Assembly (NCBI GenBank): GCA_963737155.1
Contig: CAVTRN010000001.1
Span: 1,536,001 to 1,600,000 of the forward strand
Length of the DNA: 64,000 nt
Direction: 5' to 3'
Source: Nitrospirota bacterium
GTDB taxonomy: Bacteria; Nitrospirota; UBA9217
In this document: positions 37,327-48,269 of the stretch, in pieces
Position numbering within the stretch: the first letter of the stretch is position 1
Layout of the letters: each line of letters starts with the position of its first letter
Program-made: the position numbers and the translations under genes
The notes under the pieces: generated by a model
Database searches by the model: none
The model's input: only the letters and a program-made list of their open reading frames with translations
What the model was told of the DNA's origin: nothing

Positions 37327-39090
37327 ATGCTGGGTGATGATCGAAGACTAAGATATAGAAGCGTTAGCACTGTCATTTGTCTCATATTATTTCTCGCGGG
37401 AAGCGCTATTGGCCTCTATTACTGGCTTGTCGCAGGCCGCGTTCCGGGGCAGGTGATCCTGGAAATAGACTTTGATAAAGGGATAGCCGAATATGTGCCA
37501 GATGATCCCCTTGCCCGTCTTGTGCTAAAGCAAAAAATTCATTTGCGTGACATTGTGGAAGCGCTGCAGAAAGCCGCGACCGACGATCGGGTCAAGGGGC
37601 TTGTGGCACGGGTTGGCGGCTCGACGCTTAAACTGGCAGGAGTACAAGAAGTGCGTGATGCAGTCGTCTCCTTCCGGGCCACAGGAAAACCCGCGATCTG
37701 CTATGCCGAAACGTTCGGTGAGTTTGGGCCGGGAAATGTCTCGTACTATCTTGCGACGGCCTTTGACGAGATCTATCTGCAGCCGTCCGGCGATGTGGGG
37801 CTCACGGGGCTTATCTACGAACAGCCCTTTATTCGGGGAACATTGGATAAGCTGGGCATCGTTCCACGTGTTGATGGCAGAAAAGAATATAAAAGTTTTC
37901 GGTATATGTTCACGGAAACCAAATATCTGCCGCCGCATCGCGAAGAGATTGTCCAGGTGATGGACTCCCAGTTTTCACAGATCGTCAAAGGGATTGCAGT
38001 TTCGCGCAAGAATTCAGAAGATAACGTACGGTTGCTAGCCGACAGGGGGCCCTTCGCTGGTCAGGAGGCTGTGGATGCAAAGCTTGTGGACGGGCTCGCG
38101 TATCGCGACGAAGTTTACGATAAGATCAAGGCCAAAGCGGGAGCGAAGGCCGAATTTCTCGATCTGGCTGAATACCTGAAACGAGCGGGAAGCCCGAACG
38201 AAAAGGGAACGACCGTTGCCCTCATATACGCAGTGGGTGCGATTGAGCGCGGAAAAAGCGGTTACAATGCAGTAACCGGCGAGATTGTTTTGGGTTCTGA
38301 TACTATTTCCTCGGCGCTTAGAGAGGCGGCGAAGGACAAGGACGTCAAGGCCATACTGCTCAGGATTGACAGCCCTGGCGGGTCCTACGTTGCGTCAGAC
38401 ACGATCTGGCGCGAGACAGTAAAAGCCAGGAAAGAGGGTAAGCCACTTATCGTGTCGATGGGAGACGTGGCCGCTTCGGGCGGTTATTTCATCGCTCTGG
38501 CTGCGGACACAATCGTTGCCCAGCCCGCGACGATTACGGGATCCATCGGCGTGTTTGGTGGGAAGTTGGTGACCACGGGCTTTTGGAAAAAACTTGGCGT
38601 AACATGGGACGAAGTGCACACGAGCCAGAACGCCGACGCATGGACCATGACCAAGGATTTTACACCTGCACAGAAAGCCCGCTTCGAGGAATGGCTCGAC
38701 CGGGTGTACGGTGATTTTACGTCAAAGGTAGCCGAGGGAAGAAATCTTACCAAAGAAGCTGTGGAGAAAATTGCAAAAGGCAGGATCTGGACTGGAGAAG
38801 ATGCGAAAAAAAACGGGCTTGTTGATGAACTCGGAGGTTATCCCATTGCGCTGAAGAGTGTGCGTAAGGCACTGAAACTCTCCGATAATGCTCTGATCAA
38901 ATTGAAAGTATATCCTGAGCAAAAATCGTTGCTCAAGCTTCTTTTGGAGCTGAAGTCTGCCACAGGCGAAGACGAAGATTCAACTGCCATTACTCGCACG
39001 CTCAAGGAACTTCAACCGATAGCAAGAACTATCAAGACACTTGGATACTCCTCACAATCTGATATACTAAGGTTGCAGGAATTTGAATAA
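37327..39090 (+). CDS. sppA: Signal peptide peptidase SppA, 67K type
   Basis: Two S49 domains; RIDSPGGS, SMGDVAASGGY, TGSIGV, GRIWTG. Confidence 0.92.
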   Translation: MLGDDRRLRYRSVSTVICLILFLAGSAIGLYYWLVAGRVPGQVILEIDFDKGIAEYVPDDPLARLVLKQKIHLRDIVEALQKAATDDRVKGLVARVGGSTLKLAGVQEVRDAVVSFRATGKPAICYAETFGEFGPGNVSYYLATAFDEIYLQPSGDVGLTGLIYEQPFIRGTLDKLGIVPRVDGRKEYKSFRYMFTETKYLPPHREEIVQVMDSQFSQIVKGIAVSRKNSEDNVRLLADRGPFAGQEAVDAKLVDGLAYRDEVYDKIKAKAGAKAEFLDLAEYLKRAGSPNEKGTTVALIYAVGAIERGKSGYNAVTGEIVLGSDTISSALREAAKDKDVKAILLRIDSPGGSYVASDTIWRETVKARKEGKPLIVSMGDVAASGGYFIALAADTIVAQPATITGSIGVFGGKLVTTGFWKKLGVTWDEVHTSQNADAWTMTKDFTPAQKARFEEWLDRVYGDFTSKVAEGRNLTKEAVEKIAKGRIWTGEDAKKNGLVDELGGYPIALKSVRKALKLSDNALIKLKVYPEQKSLLKLLLELKSATGEDEDSTAITRTLKELQPIARTIKTLGYSSQSDILRLQEFE

Positions 39091-39192
39091 TTCTGAGAAG
39101 TTGAAATCACAATGCGGTGATGTATGCCTGCTGGTTTTTTTAGAGATGAATTCACTTTACCACATGTACTTCACTGATTAAAGGAGTAGGCC

Positions 39193-40134
39193 ATGAGATT
39201 TTTGCTGAGAGCTCTTTTCGTATTGACGTTGTTGACCGTACTTTCCGGGTGTTTTAATATCAAGGTCAACGTTATCCCAGAGGTGCTGCCTCTAAAGGAA
39301 CGATTAATCTCGGGCGAGGGTAAGGACAAGATTGTTCTCATCGATATCTCCGGGGTCATCACGAGCGCGGAAGACGGTTCTTTCTTAAGTACGACGAAGG
39401 AACCGGGGATGCTAGCCCAGGTACGCGAAGAACTCGATCAGGCGCGCAGTGACAAGAACGTCAAGGCCGTCGTGCTGAGAATCAATAGCCCCGGAGGCGG
39501 CGTCACAGCGTCGGATACACTCTATCATGAAATAAAAAAATACAAGAAGGAAACGGGCGTGAAGGTCGTCGCCCACTTTTTGGATATGGGAACGTCGGGA
39601 GCCTACTATGTCGCTCTCGCATCCGACCAGATCATAGCGCAGCCTACAAGCATTGTCGGCAGCATCGGAGTGACCATGCTCCGTATAGATGCAACAGGAC
39701 TGATGCAGAAGATAGGTGTTCAGGCGCTGCAGATTTCGTCGGGAGAATGGAAGAGCATGGGTTCCCCCTTCCGTCAAATCTCGCCGGAGGAAACGCAGCT
39801 TTTTCAAAACATGATCGATAATCTCTACGGTAAGTTTGTGGATGCTGTCGCCGATCAGCGGAATATGGTGCCTGACCGGGTTCGGGAAATCGCTGACGGG
39901 CGTATTTATACAAGCCAGGAGGCCAAGGACAAAGGCCTCATCGATGGCATTGGTTACCTCGAGGATTCCCTGGAAAAAGCGAAGAGCCTGGCGAATGTGA
40001 CGAAGGCCCGAGTCGTGACCTATTCCCGTCCCGGTGAATATCGAGCCAATATCTATTCAAGGAACCTCATCAACATTAATGTCGGAGAATTTGCTAGGCC
40101 AGGCGTGACTTTCGCATACGTGTGGTTTCCCTGA
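39193..40134 (+). CDS. sppA: Signal peptide peptidase SppA, 36K type, lipoprotein
   Basis: Lipobox LSGC; RINSPGG, GTSGAYY, GSIGV. Confidence 0.9.
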   Translation: MRFLLRALFVLTLLTVLSGCFNIKVNVIPEVLPLKERLISGEGKDKIVLIDISGVITSAEDGSFLSTTKEPGMLAQVREELDQARSDKNVKAVVLRINSPGGGVTASDTLYHEIKKYKKETGVKVVAHFLDMGTSGAYYVALASDQIIAQPTSIVGSIGVTMLRIDATGLMQKIGVQALQISSGEWKSMGSPFRQISPEETQLFQNMIDNLYGKFVDAVADQRNMVPDRVREIADGRIYTSQEAKDKGLIDGIGYLEDSLEKAKSLANVTKARVVTYSRPGEYRANIYSRNLININVGEFARPGVTFAYVWFP

Positions 40135-40345
40135 TCATTACAACAAAGCGTGCAGTTGGAGCTAACCGGACGTTACTTTGTAACTAATGGGAGCAGGTGC
40201 CTACCTGATATAATCTATTTAGCATTTGCCTCGGCTTCAGGCCTCGAGAAGGCCAAGAACATCGTCTTTTCAGTAACCTGGGTACTTTTCTTTTTTTATC
40301 CGAGATTTATTGGAAATAATTCCCAATTGAAAGGTTATTCGTAAA

Positions 40346-43300
40346 TTACTTTATCTCCTGTTCCTTTTCCTTCGGCAATATTGGCGAAATAATATCAACA
40401 GGTAGCTTGATGAAGGTCTCCAGGAGATTCATGATCCGCGTGCCTACAGCAGTGGGAGAGAGAAAGACGACGTCGGGGTTCGCGAGATCGCCGGAGACAT
40501 GGACCGGGATCGAGATGAGCGTGCCGCCCATGATATTGCCGATAAGAGGGGTGTTCCGAATGACCCAATTAATCGTTGAAAAAGGCGCCACGAGGACGGT
40601 GAGGTCCATCTGTTTCTTCACGAGATTTATCTCGCCTTGAGCGATGAGGTCCATCGATTCCCCGCCGATAAATGCTTTATCAACGATAAATTTCCCCTTA
40701 TGGATATTCCCGCTCACTATCAAGGAATGATAGGGGAAGCCGTTTCCCCCCAGATCAGGGGCCTGACCACGAAATACTTCAAGCACGCTCAGAACGGAAA
40801 ATATTTTTTGCAGGGTAGGATAGCGGTAAATTCTTCCATCCATAGCCTCAAAATCCACTCTGCCTTCTAGGGACGAGAGTAGATCCTCACCCGTTCCCTG
40901 CGCCTGGATTTTCGAACTTAAGTCAAAGGTTCCGCTAAGATGAACTTCCTCGCCGGCCAGACAGTCGATAGTGGATGCAAGAGGTTCTTTCTTTGCCACA
41001 GGAGTAAAAGCAAAAGATATGCTTTCCTGGGAGATTAGAATTGTCCCTGGCATTGAAAGTCCGCAGGTCTTGGTGTTGGTAAATTTCATATTTACCCCGC
41101 CCGAGTTCACGGTTATGACAGCTTGAGCAGGAGCAAAGGTAAAGCGTCCGAATTTAACATACGCCGAATTGGCACGAAGGTTCCCCTCTATGGGCGGCAC
41201 GGGAAAAGATCTGACTTCTTGACCGGTGTTTCTTTTGCCGAGCTGCTCTAGGACTTGTTGGATAGCTTGTATTTCAATGCCGTCAGAGGTGAGGTCCATG
41301 TTGAAAGCGATTCCCGCCTCCGAGGTTGCTGCAACGCCTGCCATGGAGTAATGATTCTTGCCCCATGTAACATCGGCGGAGTCGATGGTGAGTACGTGGT
41401 TGTCGGCATGGGCAGCGAATTTGTCTACTGTAATCGGGAGCGGCATGCTCCAGGGGATGGAAATGTTGTCACCAGCAAGTTTCCCCTTTACTCGAGACTG
41501 AAGCGGTTGATCCGCATGGATCACCGCGTGAATATCGCCATGCATTGTCCCTTTGCCGAAGGTTCCCTGTTTGAATATTCTCCCCAAAGTCGCCTGCGCA
41601 AGAAGGCCCGAGAAGGAAACGTCCACTACCTGCTTTTGCCAATTCATGGTCATGGACGCCCGTGTCTCTTGATCCGTGATCGTTAGTCTGTGGATAGCGA
41701 AATCCGCGCCGTGCTGTGAAAGATTTATGTAAAGCACTGGCCCGTTTGCCACTGATGCATTTCCCGTAATCGATATGCCTGTTGTTCTCCCCCAGACTAG
41801 ATGGCAATCGGTAAGAGCAAGGGGAGCATTGATCATGAGCGCAGGTGGTAGCTCGAGTTGGTCAAAAACCCAATCAAGAGTTTTCCTGCCTGCTCTCCCG
41901 CTCAAGGTAAGGTCGATGCGACGCAAGGTGTTGGTAATGCGGCTGACCAGGGCCGTTCCGGTCATTGTCGAATCAAGAATTGTCGCCTCTTGCAGCCCGA
42001 AGGACAATTTATCGGGGACAAGACTGAAATTCCCTCTTAACAGACCGATCCGTCCCGGCAGCAAGGAAGAACTAAAAACAATTCGGTCAAGACTGCCGAG
42101 TGCGGAGATTTTCCATGTCTCGGGCCTGAACAGGGGTCCCTTGAAACTCATTGAGGATATGGTTATCATACCATCGAGCTCGTTTACGCCATGGAGAATT
42201 TTATACAATGAGTTGTACTTTGACCGCCATTGGAAAAATTCGCCAAGATGAATGATGGCTCCGCCGTCGAGAACCTCAAGGGCGGGTTCTTTGCGCCCCG
42301 TTATGCTCGCGGTAATATGGGACAGCGATGACTTGCCGAGGTGCACGGACGCCTCGGAAATGGTAATTTTATTCTCTTCCGCCATGAATTCTCCATTTAC
42401 AGCCAGGGGTGAGGGAAGACGAGAAGAGTTGACGACGATGTCTTTTGCTGCTCCCGCTATCTTCAGGCTCCACGCCGCGGGATGGAGAAGGGGGCCGCTG
42501 AGCCGAATCGATGACAAGGTGACCGTTCCAGCCAAGTCTTTTACCTCGTTCGAAAAGGTGCCCAACGTCTTGTACTTATTTTGCCACTGAAAAATCTCGG
42601 GAAGGTTGATCTCTGCGCGGCCGTTGTAAACGTCGAAGACTGGTGTCGTGCTCTCCACAATCCGGGCGGAAATTTGATCAAGAGATGACGCGCCCATGTG
42701 GACGGATAGCCCGGAAGCTGACAGCGTATTGTCGTCAATGACGAACCGGCTGCTGACGTACACGGGAGCAGGTATCCATGGCGATTCCGCGACGAGGCTT
42801 TTCACTTCACCCTCTATTTTTTTTCGCCATTCCTCGGGGCGGTCGACCGGTCCGCTGATCTGCATCGACGAGATGGTAAGAACGCCGCGTAGTGATCGAA
42901 CGTTTTTCAGCACGGGGATCAGGCTTTCCGAGGACGACAGCCAGGGATATATTTCATCGAGTGCAACCGTCGCGTGGCCTGACAAGACTTCCAGTTGGGG
43001 AATCCCGTTCCATGCCAGATTTGCGGAAAATCCGGAAAGGGAAGACCGGCCCATAGAAACAGTGAGATCCTTGACTCCCGAATTCACCTCATTAAAGGAA
43101 TAAGTCCCGCTGAGCAAAAAATTCCCCCACTGTTCAGTGGAAGCCTTGACGAAAATCTTCATATCGCCGGGGGGCGCGTTGAAATGCACGGTAACATTCC
43201 GGAGAGAGAGAACATCCTGGCGGCTTCCTCTAAATAGGAATTTGCCCATATCCATTTCCACGACAAGACCCGAGCCGATTGCCTGCAAATAAGCCAGCAC

Positions 43301-43720
43301 AGAGCGGATATTTTTTTTTGACTCCTCCAGGGATGGAAGTTCAGATGATGTCGACTCGGTGATCGTTGCAGGTAGGATGATTCTGACATCGGGCTTGATG
43401 ATCTGAATCCTCGAAAATAGAAGTTTGCCTTTGATGAGCGGCATGATTTGAGGATAAATGCTGAGCGACTGAAGCGATCCTCGGAAAGTCCTGGGATAGG
43501 CGAGGAGCATTTTCTTGATTACCACATGGGGACGGGGGAAGAGTGAAAGATCGATTCTTTCATAAGACATCTTTCCGCCGAGTTTCCTTGAAACGGTGTC
43601 TTGAATCCCGCTTTTCACTGATGCCGAATTCAAATAAATCGGAGTCACGATGAACGCTGCGACCATAAGAGCCATTACGATGCCTGAAGACAAGAGCAGT
43701 ATTTTTTTTCTGGTTGTCAT
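40346..43720 (-). CDS. AsmA-like (YhdP/DUF3971-type) protein
   Basis: N-terminal TM anchor, long beta-repeat body, C-terminal AsmA_2-like region (G.INL....MDLTVLVAPF...V.G.L.NP.V). Confidence 0.8.
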   Translation of the reverse strand: MTTRKKILLLSSGIVMALMVAAFIVTPIYLNSASVKSGIQDTVSRKLGGKMSYERIDLSLFPRPHVVIKKMLLAYPRTFRGSLQSLSIYPQIMPLIKGKLLFSRIQIIKPDVRIILPATITESTSSELPSLEESKKNIRSVLAYLQAIGSGLVVEMDMGKFLFRGSRQDVLSLRNVTVHFNAPPGDMKIFVKASTEQWGNFLLSGTYSFNEVNSGVKDLTVSMGRSSLSGFSANLAWNGIPQLEVLSGHATVALDEIYPWLSSSESLIPVLKNVRSLRGVLTISSMQISGPVDRPEEWRKKIEGEVKSLVAESPWIPAPVYVSSRFVIDDNTLSASGLSVHMGASSLDQISARIVESTTPVFDVYNGRAEINLPEIFQWQNKYKTLGTFSNEVKDLAGTVTLSSIRLSGPLLHPAAWSLKIAGAAKDIVVNSSRLPSPLAVNGEFMAEENKITISEASVHLGKSSLSHITASITGRKEPALEVLDGGAIIHLGEFFQWRSKYNSLYKILHGVNELDGMITISSMSFKGPLFRPETWKISALGSLDRIVFSSSLLPGRIGLLRGNFSLVPDKLSFGLQEATILDSTMTGTALVSRITNTLRRIDLTLSGRAGRKTLDWVFDQLELPPALMINAPLALTDCHLVWGRTTGISITGNASVANGPVLYINLSQHGADFAIHRLTITDQETRASMTMNWQKQVVDVSFSGLLAQATLGRIFKQGTFGKGTMHGDIHAVIHADQPLQSRVKGKLAGDNISIPWSMPLPITVDKFAAHADNHVLTIDSADVTWGKNHYSMAGVAATSEAGIAFNMDLTSDGIEIQAIQQVLEQLGKRNTGQEVRSFPVPPIEGNLRANSAYVKFGRFTFAPAQAVITVNSGGVNMKFTNTKTCGLSMPGTILISQESISFAFTPVAKKEPLASTIDCLAGEEVHLSGTFDLSSKIQAQGTGEDLLSSLEGRVDFEAMDGRIYRYPTLQKIFSVLSVLEVFRGQAPDLGGNGFPYHSLIVSGNIHKGKFIVDKAFIGGESMDLIAQGEINLVKKQMDLTVLVAPFSTINWVIRNTPLIGNIMGGTLISIPVHVSGDLANPDVVFLSPTAVGTRIMNLLETFIKLPVDIISPILPKEKEQEIK

Positions 43721-43960
43721 GGATAGAGTCCTGAGATAGCCGTGCCTTTATTCCGAGCTTTTGTCTTTCTATTATACGTGAGGCTGCGCTCCAGATCAAT
43801 CAAATGAATATCACCCTGGCCTGAAACTTTTTAGGCGCTTTTTTGCCTATTGCAGTCGCAGTAGGAAAATCCATCCTTGAGAAAGTCCGTTATGAATCAG
43901 AAAAGAGTCAGCAGCACTTGCAGTTCTGATTTTACTAGTCATGGGGATTTTTTGAACTTG

Positions 43961-43990
43961 CTATTCTCCGTAGCTTGCTGCGAGGTATTG
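43961..43990. repeat. REP-like palindrome (copy related to 8768)
   Basis: Revcomp TACCTCGCAGCAAGCTACGGAGAAT. Confidence 0.45.
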
Positions 43991-44135
43991 ATTTATTCGC
44001 ACCTGTAAGATAAGTCCAAAAGCATTTGCAGCAAAGTTCAACATTCCTATGCCGGAGGACCAAGGAGTGAAGCTTACATACCGGATGAGGACGAAGCATT
44101 AAGGGGTGAGGGGCAGAAGTGATAGATATTACTTC

Positions 44136-44940
44136 TACGACCACTTTTTGCGCCAGGAATATAATGAGTACGGTAATCCCGGCTATAACGAGACGTAACG
44201 CGGGATAGCCCTATTTCTATTCGAGTTTAGGCAGGATTATGAAATACATGCTATAAACTCCGGTAATGAAGGTAAGCGGTATACAGATAAGTGAGATTAT
44301 GGCAAGGGCTATCACCACTTCGTTCAGATGGTTGCTAAAGTTTGACATGTACATGTCAAGAATACCGGTTTCTAAGACGGATTTATTATGAACTCCATTT
44401 TTAGCACCTCGAGCTTTTCGACGATTACGAAGTACTGGTCCAAGTGGTGTCGGACAGGGCATAGGGAGACAATCGGCGCCCATTTGCAGCTGCTGCCCTT
44501 GCCGTTCCTGATGGGGTCGCGACTACAGTTATAGCATCCTCCTCGATATTTTCTGGAACGAGAGTATGAATTTGGACCCATAATGATGCAGATATGCTCG
44601 GTTAATATCTCTCCGTTCTTGCCGCTCGCAAGCATTTTAAGTACGTATGGGGTCGCTGAAGTCCTCCAGCCGCAGGCAAGGCTTCAGGATGACTTCCGTA
44701 AGCAGCCTTTGCAGCCATAAACATTCTCAGTTTTTCGAAGAACCGATACCTTATGGCCTCCATCGACATTAATCCAGGTGACGGTGGGTTTGTTCTTTTA
44801 GGGGATGTAGGCACCGATGGAAAGGTGTCTTGTTAGGAAAAAGCTTGTCTCGTTGAAATCGCCGCGGTGCATATCGATTTTTTCATTTTTTTCGTCGCTG
44901 TAACGCAGCGATTCGATAGAGAGGGCCGTCCTTATCGCAC
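44136..44940 (-). pseudogene. corA: Degraded CorA Mg/Co transporter
   Basis: Fragments KPTVTWINVDG, TEHICIIMGPN, LDMYMSNFSNHLNEV..LAIIS.ICIPLTFITGVYSMYF..LPKL..GYP spread over several frames with stops. Confidence 0.75.
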
Positions 44941-44982
44941 TTTGTTATAGAATGCTCCGTATGGTTAGGTTCACCGGCCGCG

Positions 44983-45942
44983 TCACCGTGTTTCCACCTG
45001 GTTTTTTCCGGCCCGCTTCGCTATATACAACCCCATATCGGCCCGCTGCAGCACCGACTCCAGCGTGTCTCCATCAACATATTCCGTGACACCGGCCGAG
45101 ATCGTGATTGGCTCAGATATTGAGAATTGGTTCTTTGAGATGGTTTGCCTCAGCCGTTCCGCCTGCGTGCGCCCCTGTTCCTTTGCGGTGTGAGGAAGTA
45201 AAACGATGAACTCGTCGCCACCGCGGCGATAGAGGCTGTCGTTGTCGCGGATAAAATGGGTGACCACACCCTCCAGCTCCTTGAGAATGTCGTCGGCTTT
45301 AACGTTGCCGTAAGCATCATTTATTCGCTTCAGAGAGTCAACATTAAAAACAACAACGGACAGATTCACTTTGTACCGCTTCGCCCGCGCTAACTCATCG
45401 TTGAATCCTTTTTCCAGCTTGTCTCGGTTGAATGCTACCCGTGTCATCGTTTCCGGTGCCGACAGGCGTTTCAACTGCTGTTTCATCTGATCAAGGTGCT
45501 CGGCTAGCTGTGTCAGTTTCGCTTCGGCGGTTTTTCGCTCGGTAATATCGCGAGTAGCTCCCACGAAAGCGACCAACACACCATTCTCTATCACGGGATT
45601 GATCGTGATTTCCGTCCAGATAATATGCCCGTTCTTGCAGATTTGCTGAACGTCCGGCAGCACCACGGAGGAAAACCTGCCCTGCTCGCCCGACTTTGCA
45701 TATTCGGTTGTCGCCTTGAGCACGTATTTCTGCGACTCATCGGTGAGAAACGTAAACAAGTGCTGGCCGATTACTTCGAACGTGTCATACCCGCGCTGTC
45801 CCTTGTCGCTCGAACTGATATAGGTAAAGACGAGTCGAGGGTCAAGTTCCCAGATTACATCTTTGATGTTTTCCATGATGTACTTTGAGCGTTTGTTCTG
45901 CCAGTTTACATCTTCAGCATTGCTCATCATTGTCCCCTGCAT
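44983..45942 (-). CDS. PAS-PAC + GGDEF diguanylate cyclase
   Basis: PAS/PAC RDITERK; RxxD I-site and GGDEF; first metal-binding Asp reads Asn (FNVD). Confidence 0.88.
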   Translation of the reverse strand: MQGTMMSNAEDVNWQNKRSKYIMENIKDVIWELDPRLVFTYISSSDKGQRGYDTFEVIGQHLFTFLTDESQKYVLKATTEYAKSGEQGRFSSVVLPDVQQICKNGHIIWTEITINPVIENGVLVAFVGATRDITERKTAEAKLTQLAEHLDQMKQQLKRLSAPETMTRVAFNRDKLEKGFNDELARAKRYKVNLSVVVFNVDSLKRINDAYGNVKADDILKELEGVVTHFIRDNDSLYRRGGDEFIVLLPHTAKEQGRTQAERLRQTISKNQFSISEPITISAGVTEYVDGDTLESVLQRADMGLYIAKRAGKNQVETR

Positions 45943-46185
45943 ACAAATAGTCCGCGCTAAAATCCTTCACCGATGCGGTATGCGGGCTGTTTCCCGTGTG
46001 CACCAGGTTTAGACAGTACTCTCTTCTTGTTCATTGAACGTCGCGTATTCAAATGCAGGGTTCGTAGCAGACTGAACCGGCCCTGCCGCACCCACATGAG
46101 TTGATGCGTAACCGCTGTCTACGGCCGCATGAATCTATCCGAAGTGTCCGTAGGGTATACTGAGGCAAGCATGAAGGTCGGGCGA

Positions 46186-46518
46186 CTATCGGATGTTTTC
46201 TATTGAGATCGTTCCTGAACCGAGGAGTCGTGAAAGAAGAATGTATCCGCCGCAGGGCCGGGCCTGTGGGTCCTGCGCAAAGTCGCAGTCATTCTCACCG
46301 AAATCACAGGCGCCGCACAGCACTCTTGCCATGAGATCAGGTGCAGCCTCATCGCAGTTTATAAGTTTTGCTCCCCCAGTGACTACAGCCTCGCCCGACC
46401 GTATTAATCGATCAACGATAAGAGCCCCCCTGCAGAGCATCTCTTCGTTTTTGCCCGGCTTGTAGTAGACGCAGTAAGGGAGACAAAGTACTCGAACCAA
46501 AGCTTCGTTTTTGGCCAT
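46186..46518 (-). CDS. Cys-rich hypothetical protein
   Basis: C..YC.YYKPGK.E...C.G and C..CDF...DCDF......PCGG. Confidence 0.7.
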   Translation of the reverse strand: MAKNEALVRVLCLPYCVYYKPGKNEEMLCRGALIVDRLIRSGEAVVTGGAKLINCDEAAPDLMARVLCGACDFGENDCDFAQDPQARPCGGYILLSRLLGSGTISIENIR

Positions 46519-46565
46519 GTTGTTTCATTATAACAAAAACAGGCCCTCGGTGCTATAATAACTTC

Positions 46566-47696
46566 ATGAATTATTACCTGGCAAGACGGGCTGTTCTAAA
46601 ATGGCTTGAAAACCCTTCGGTGTATCAGCTTGCAAAAGATGAGCTGTACGAGCTCGATGACGAATCTTTTCGTTTCTTCCAAAATTGCTCTTCCAAAGAC
46701 GGGTGCTCATCAAAAAACAGCGCATTTGTCGATTACTGCGTAGAGGAAGGCCTACTCACCACGGAAAAAGTGTTTCATACAGGGTCTGTGGTCGAGCGCG
46801 CGCCGGTACCGTCCCTTCGCTATCTTGAACTCCAGATCACTGATGCCTGCAATCTTGCCTGCAAACATTGTTATATCAATAGCAGTCAACGCCATGAACT
46901 TTCGGCTGATGAGGTGTATTCCGTTTTAGGAGAGTTTCAGAATATGCAAGGTTTACGGGTCCTTATCACGGGAGGCGAACCACTTGTGCACGGGAACTTC
47001 GACGAGATCAATGAAATGCTCCCCGATTTCTTTCTTCGCAAGGTTCTTTTCACAAACGGAACGCTCCTGAAAAAAGACGGAATAAACACGCTGAAGTTCG
47101 ACGAATTTCAGGTGAGCATCGACGGCATGGAAGAGGCGCACGATTATGTTCGTGGACCGGGGACATTCAAACGATCGCTGAAGACGATACGACGTGCGCT
47201 TGATGCGGGGTTTGATGTCTCCATTTCAACTATGATTCACCGTAGCAACCTGTCGGATTTCGACAGTATGGAGCATATGTTCAAAACAATGGGGATAAAG
47301 GACTGGACCGTGGATGTGCCTGTTTCGGTCGGCCGTCTTGAGGAGAACAGTAATCTGATTATAAGCCCTGAAGAAGGCGGCAAGTATCTAGGATATGGGT
47401 ACGGCGGCGGTCTCCATTTGTCCAGCAAGGGGTTTGGTTGCGGATTGCATTTGATGTCCGTCATGGCTGACAGGAGGATCGCGAAATGCACGTTTTATCA
47501 TGATGAAGCAGTAGGTTCGCTGGAGCATGGCTTACGGGCTGCGTGGACGAAGATTCGTCCGGTATCTCTCAACGAGCTGTCCTGTGCCTGCGAGTACCGG
47601 GAAATATGCAGGGGAGGCTGTCGCTATCGGGCGGAAGTGCTGGAAGGAAAAGGAGGAAAAGACCTGTACCGGTGTATGCTTTATGGTATAATATAA
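46566..47696 (+). CDS. Radical SAM/SPASM-domain protein
   Basis: CNLACKHC, ITGGEP, C-terminal CG...KC...C.C....CRGGCRYRA; short N-terminal extra domain. Confidence 0.9.
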   Translation: MNYYLARRAVLKWLENPSVYQLAKDELYELDDESFRFFQNCSSKDGCSSKNSAFVDYCVEEGLLTTEKVFHTGSVVERAPVPSLRYLELQITDACNLACKHCYINSSQRHELSADEVYSVLGEFQNMQGLRVLITGGEPLVHGNFDEINEMLPDFFLRKVLFTNGTLLKKDGINTLKFDEFQVSIDGMEEAHDYVRGPGTFKRSLKTIRRALDAGFDVSISTMIHRSNLSDFDSMEHMFKTMGIKDWTVDVPVSVGRLEENSNLIISPEEGGKYLGYGYGGGLHLSSKGFGCGLHLMSVMADRRIAKCTFYHDEAVGSLEHGLRAAWTKIRPVSLNELSCACEYREICRGGCRYRAEVLEGKGGKDLYRCMLYGII

Positions 47697-47803
47697 CTCA
47701 TTCTATACTTCTTTCTCCTTATCCCTTTAAAGCAGAGTTTAAAAAGACTTTTTGGAAGATAACGTTGTTTCATCGATAAAAAATAAAGAAAGGAGGATAT
47801 CAT

Positions 47804-47866
47804 ATGACAATCAGAAAAGTGACGAAAAAAATGGCGGTAACCTGCAAATGCAAAAGCTCTTGCTGA
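47804..47866 (+). CDS. Putative RiPP precursor peptide MTIRKVTKKMAVTCKCKSSC
   Basis: Perfect AAGGAGG RBS; directly downstream of the rSAM/SPASM gene; followed by a hairpin. Confidence 0.65.
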   Translation: MTIRKVTKKMAVTCKCKSSC

Positions 47867-47894
47867 CGAAAAATCCTTCAAGGCATCAAACCAG

Positions 47895-47935
47895 AACGAG
47901 CTCGACAGACCACTGCCGAGCTCGTTATTATTTTA
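47895..47935 (+). terminator. Terminator hairpin
   Basis: AACGAGCTCG-N12-CGAGCTCGTT followed by an AT-rich run, between convergent genes. Confidence 0.6.
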
Positions 47936-47993
47936 TTAGTCTTATTTCCCAAGGGACGCGCCGACTCCTCCATTTATCCTGGCATGACCAATT

Positions 47994-48269
47994 TTAAGCG
48001 GTCTTCCTGCTGAAAACCTGCCGTTCTTCGAAGTTCCTGATGAACTGAGCGACCTGGATGCCGAGAGAAACGCACTTAATGCCATTCATGCAATCATCTG
48101 CGTCCTGCTTTTCGAGATGGGTGGTGAGTGTTTCTGTTCCCCGTTTGAAAGTCAGAATATAAGCATTGGTCTGTTCGTCAAAATTCAATCCCACAGAAAC
48201 CTTATGGTCTTCGATTTCCGGATACATTTCCCGAATTTTGTCTTCTAGTGCGGCATTTGTGAATATCAT
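47994..48269 (-). CDS. Conserved-looking hypothetical protein (91 aa)
   Basis: AGGAGG RBS; KIREMYPEI...TTHLEKQDADDCM.G.KCV.LG. Confidence 0.75.
   Translation of the reverse strand: MIFTNAALEDKIREMYPEIEDHKVSVGLNFDEQTNAYILTFKRGTETLTTHLEKQDADDCMNGIKCVSLGIQVAQFIRNFEERQVFSRKTA

Noticed and set aside
37327-40134. Two tandem sppA genes as a novelty
   Set aside because: Coexisting 67K and 36K SppA paralogs are common
45945-46185. Structured RNA leader upstream of the diguanylate cyclase
   Set aside because: GC-rich with short stems but no match to any riboswitch consensus I recognise
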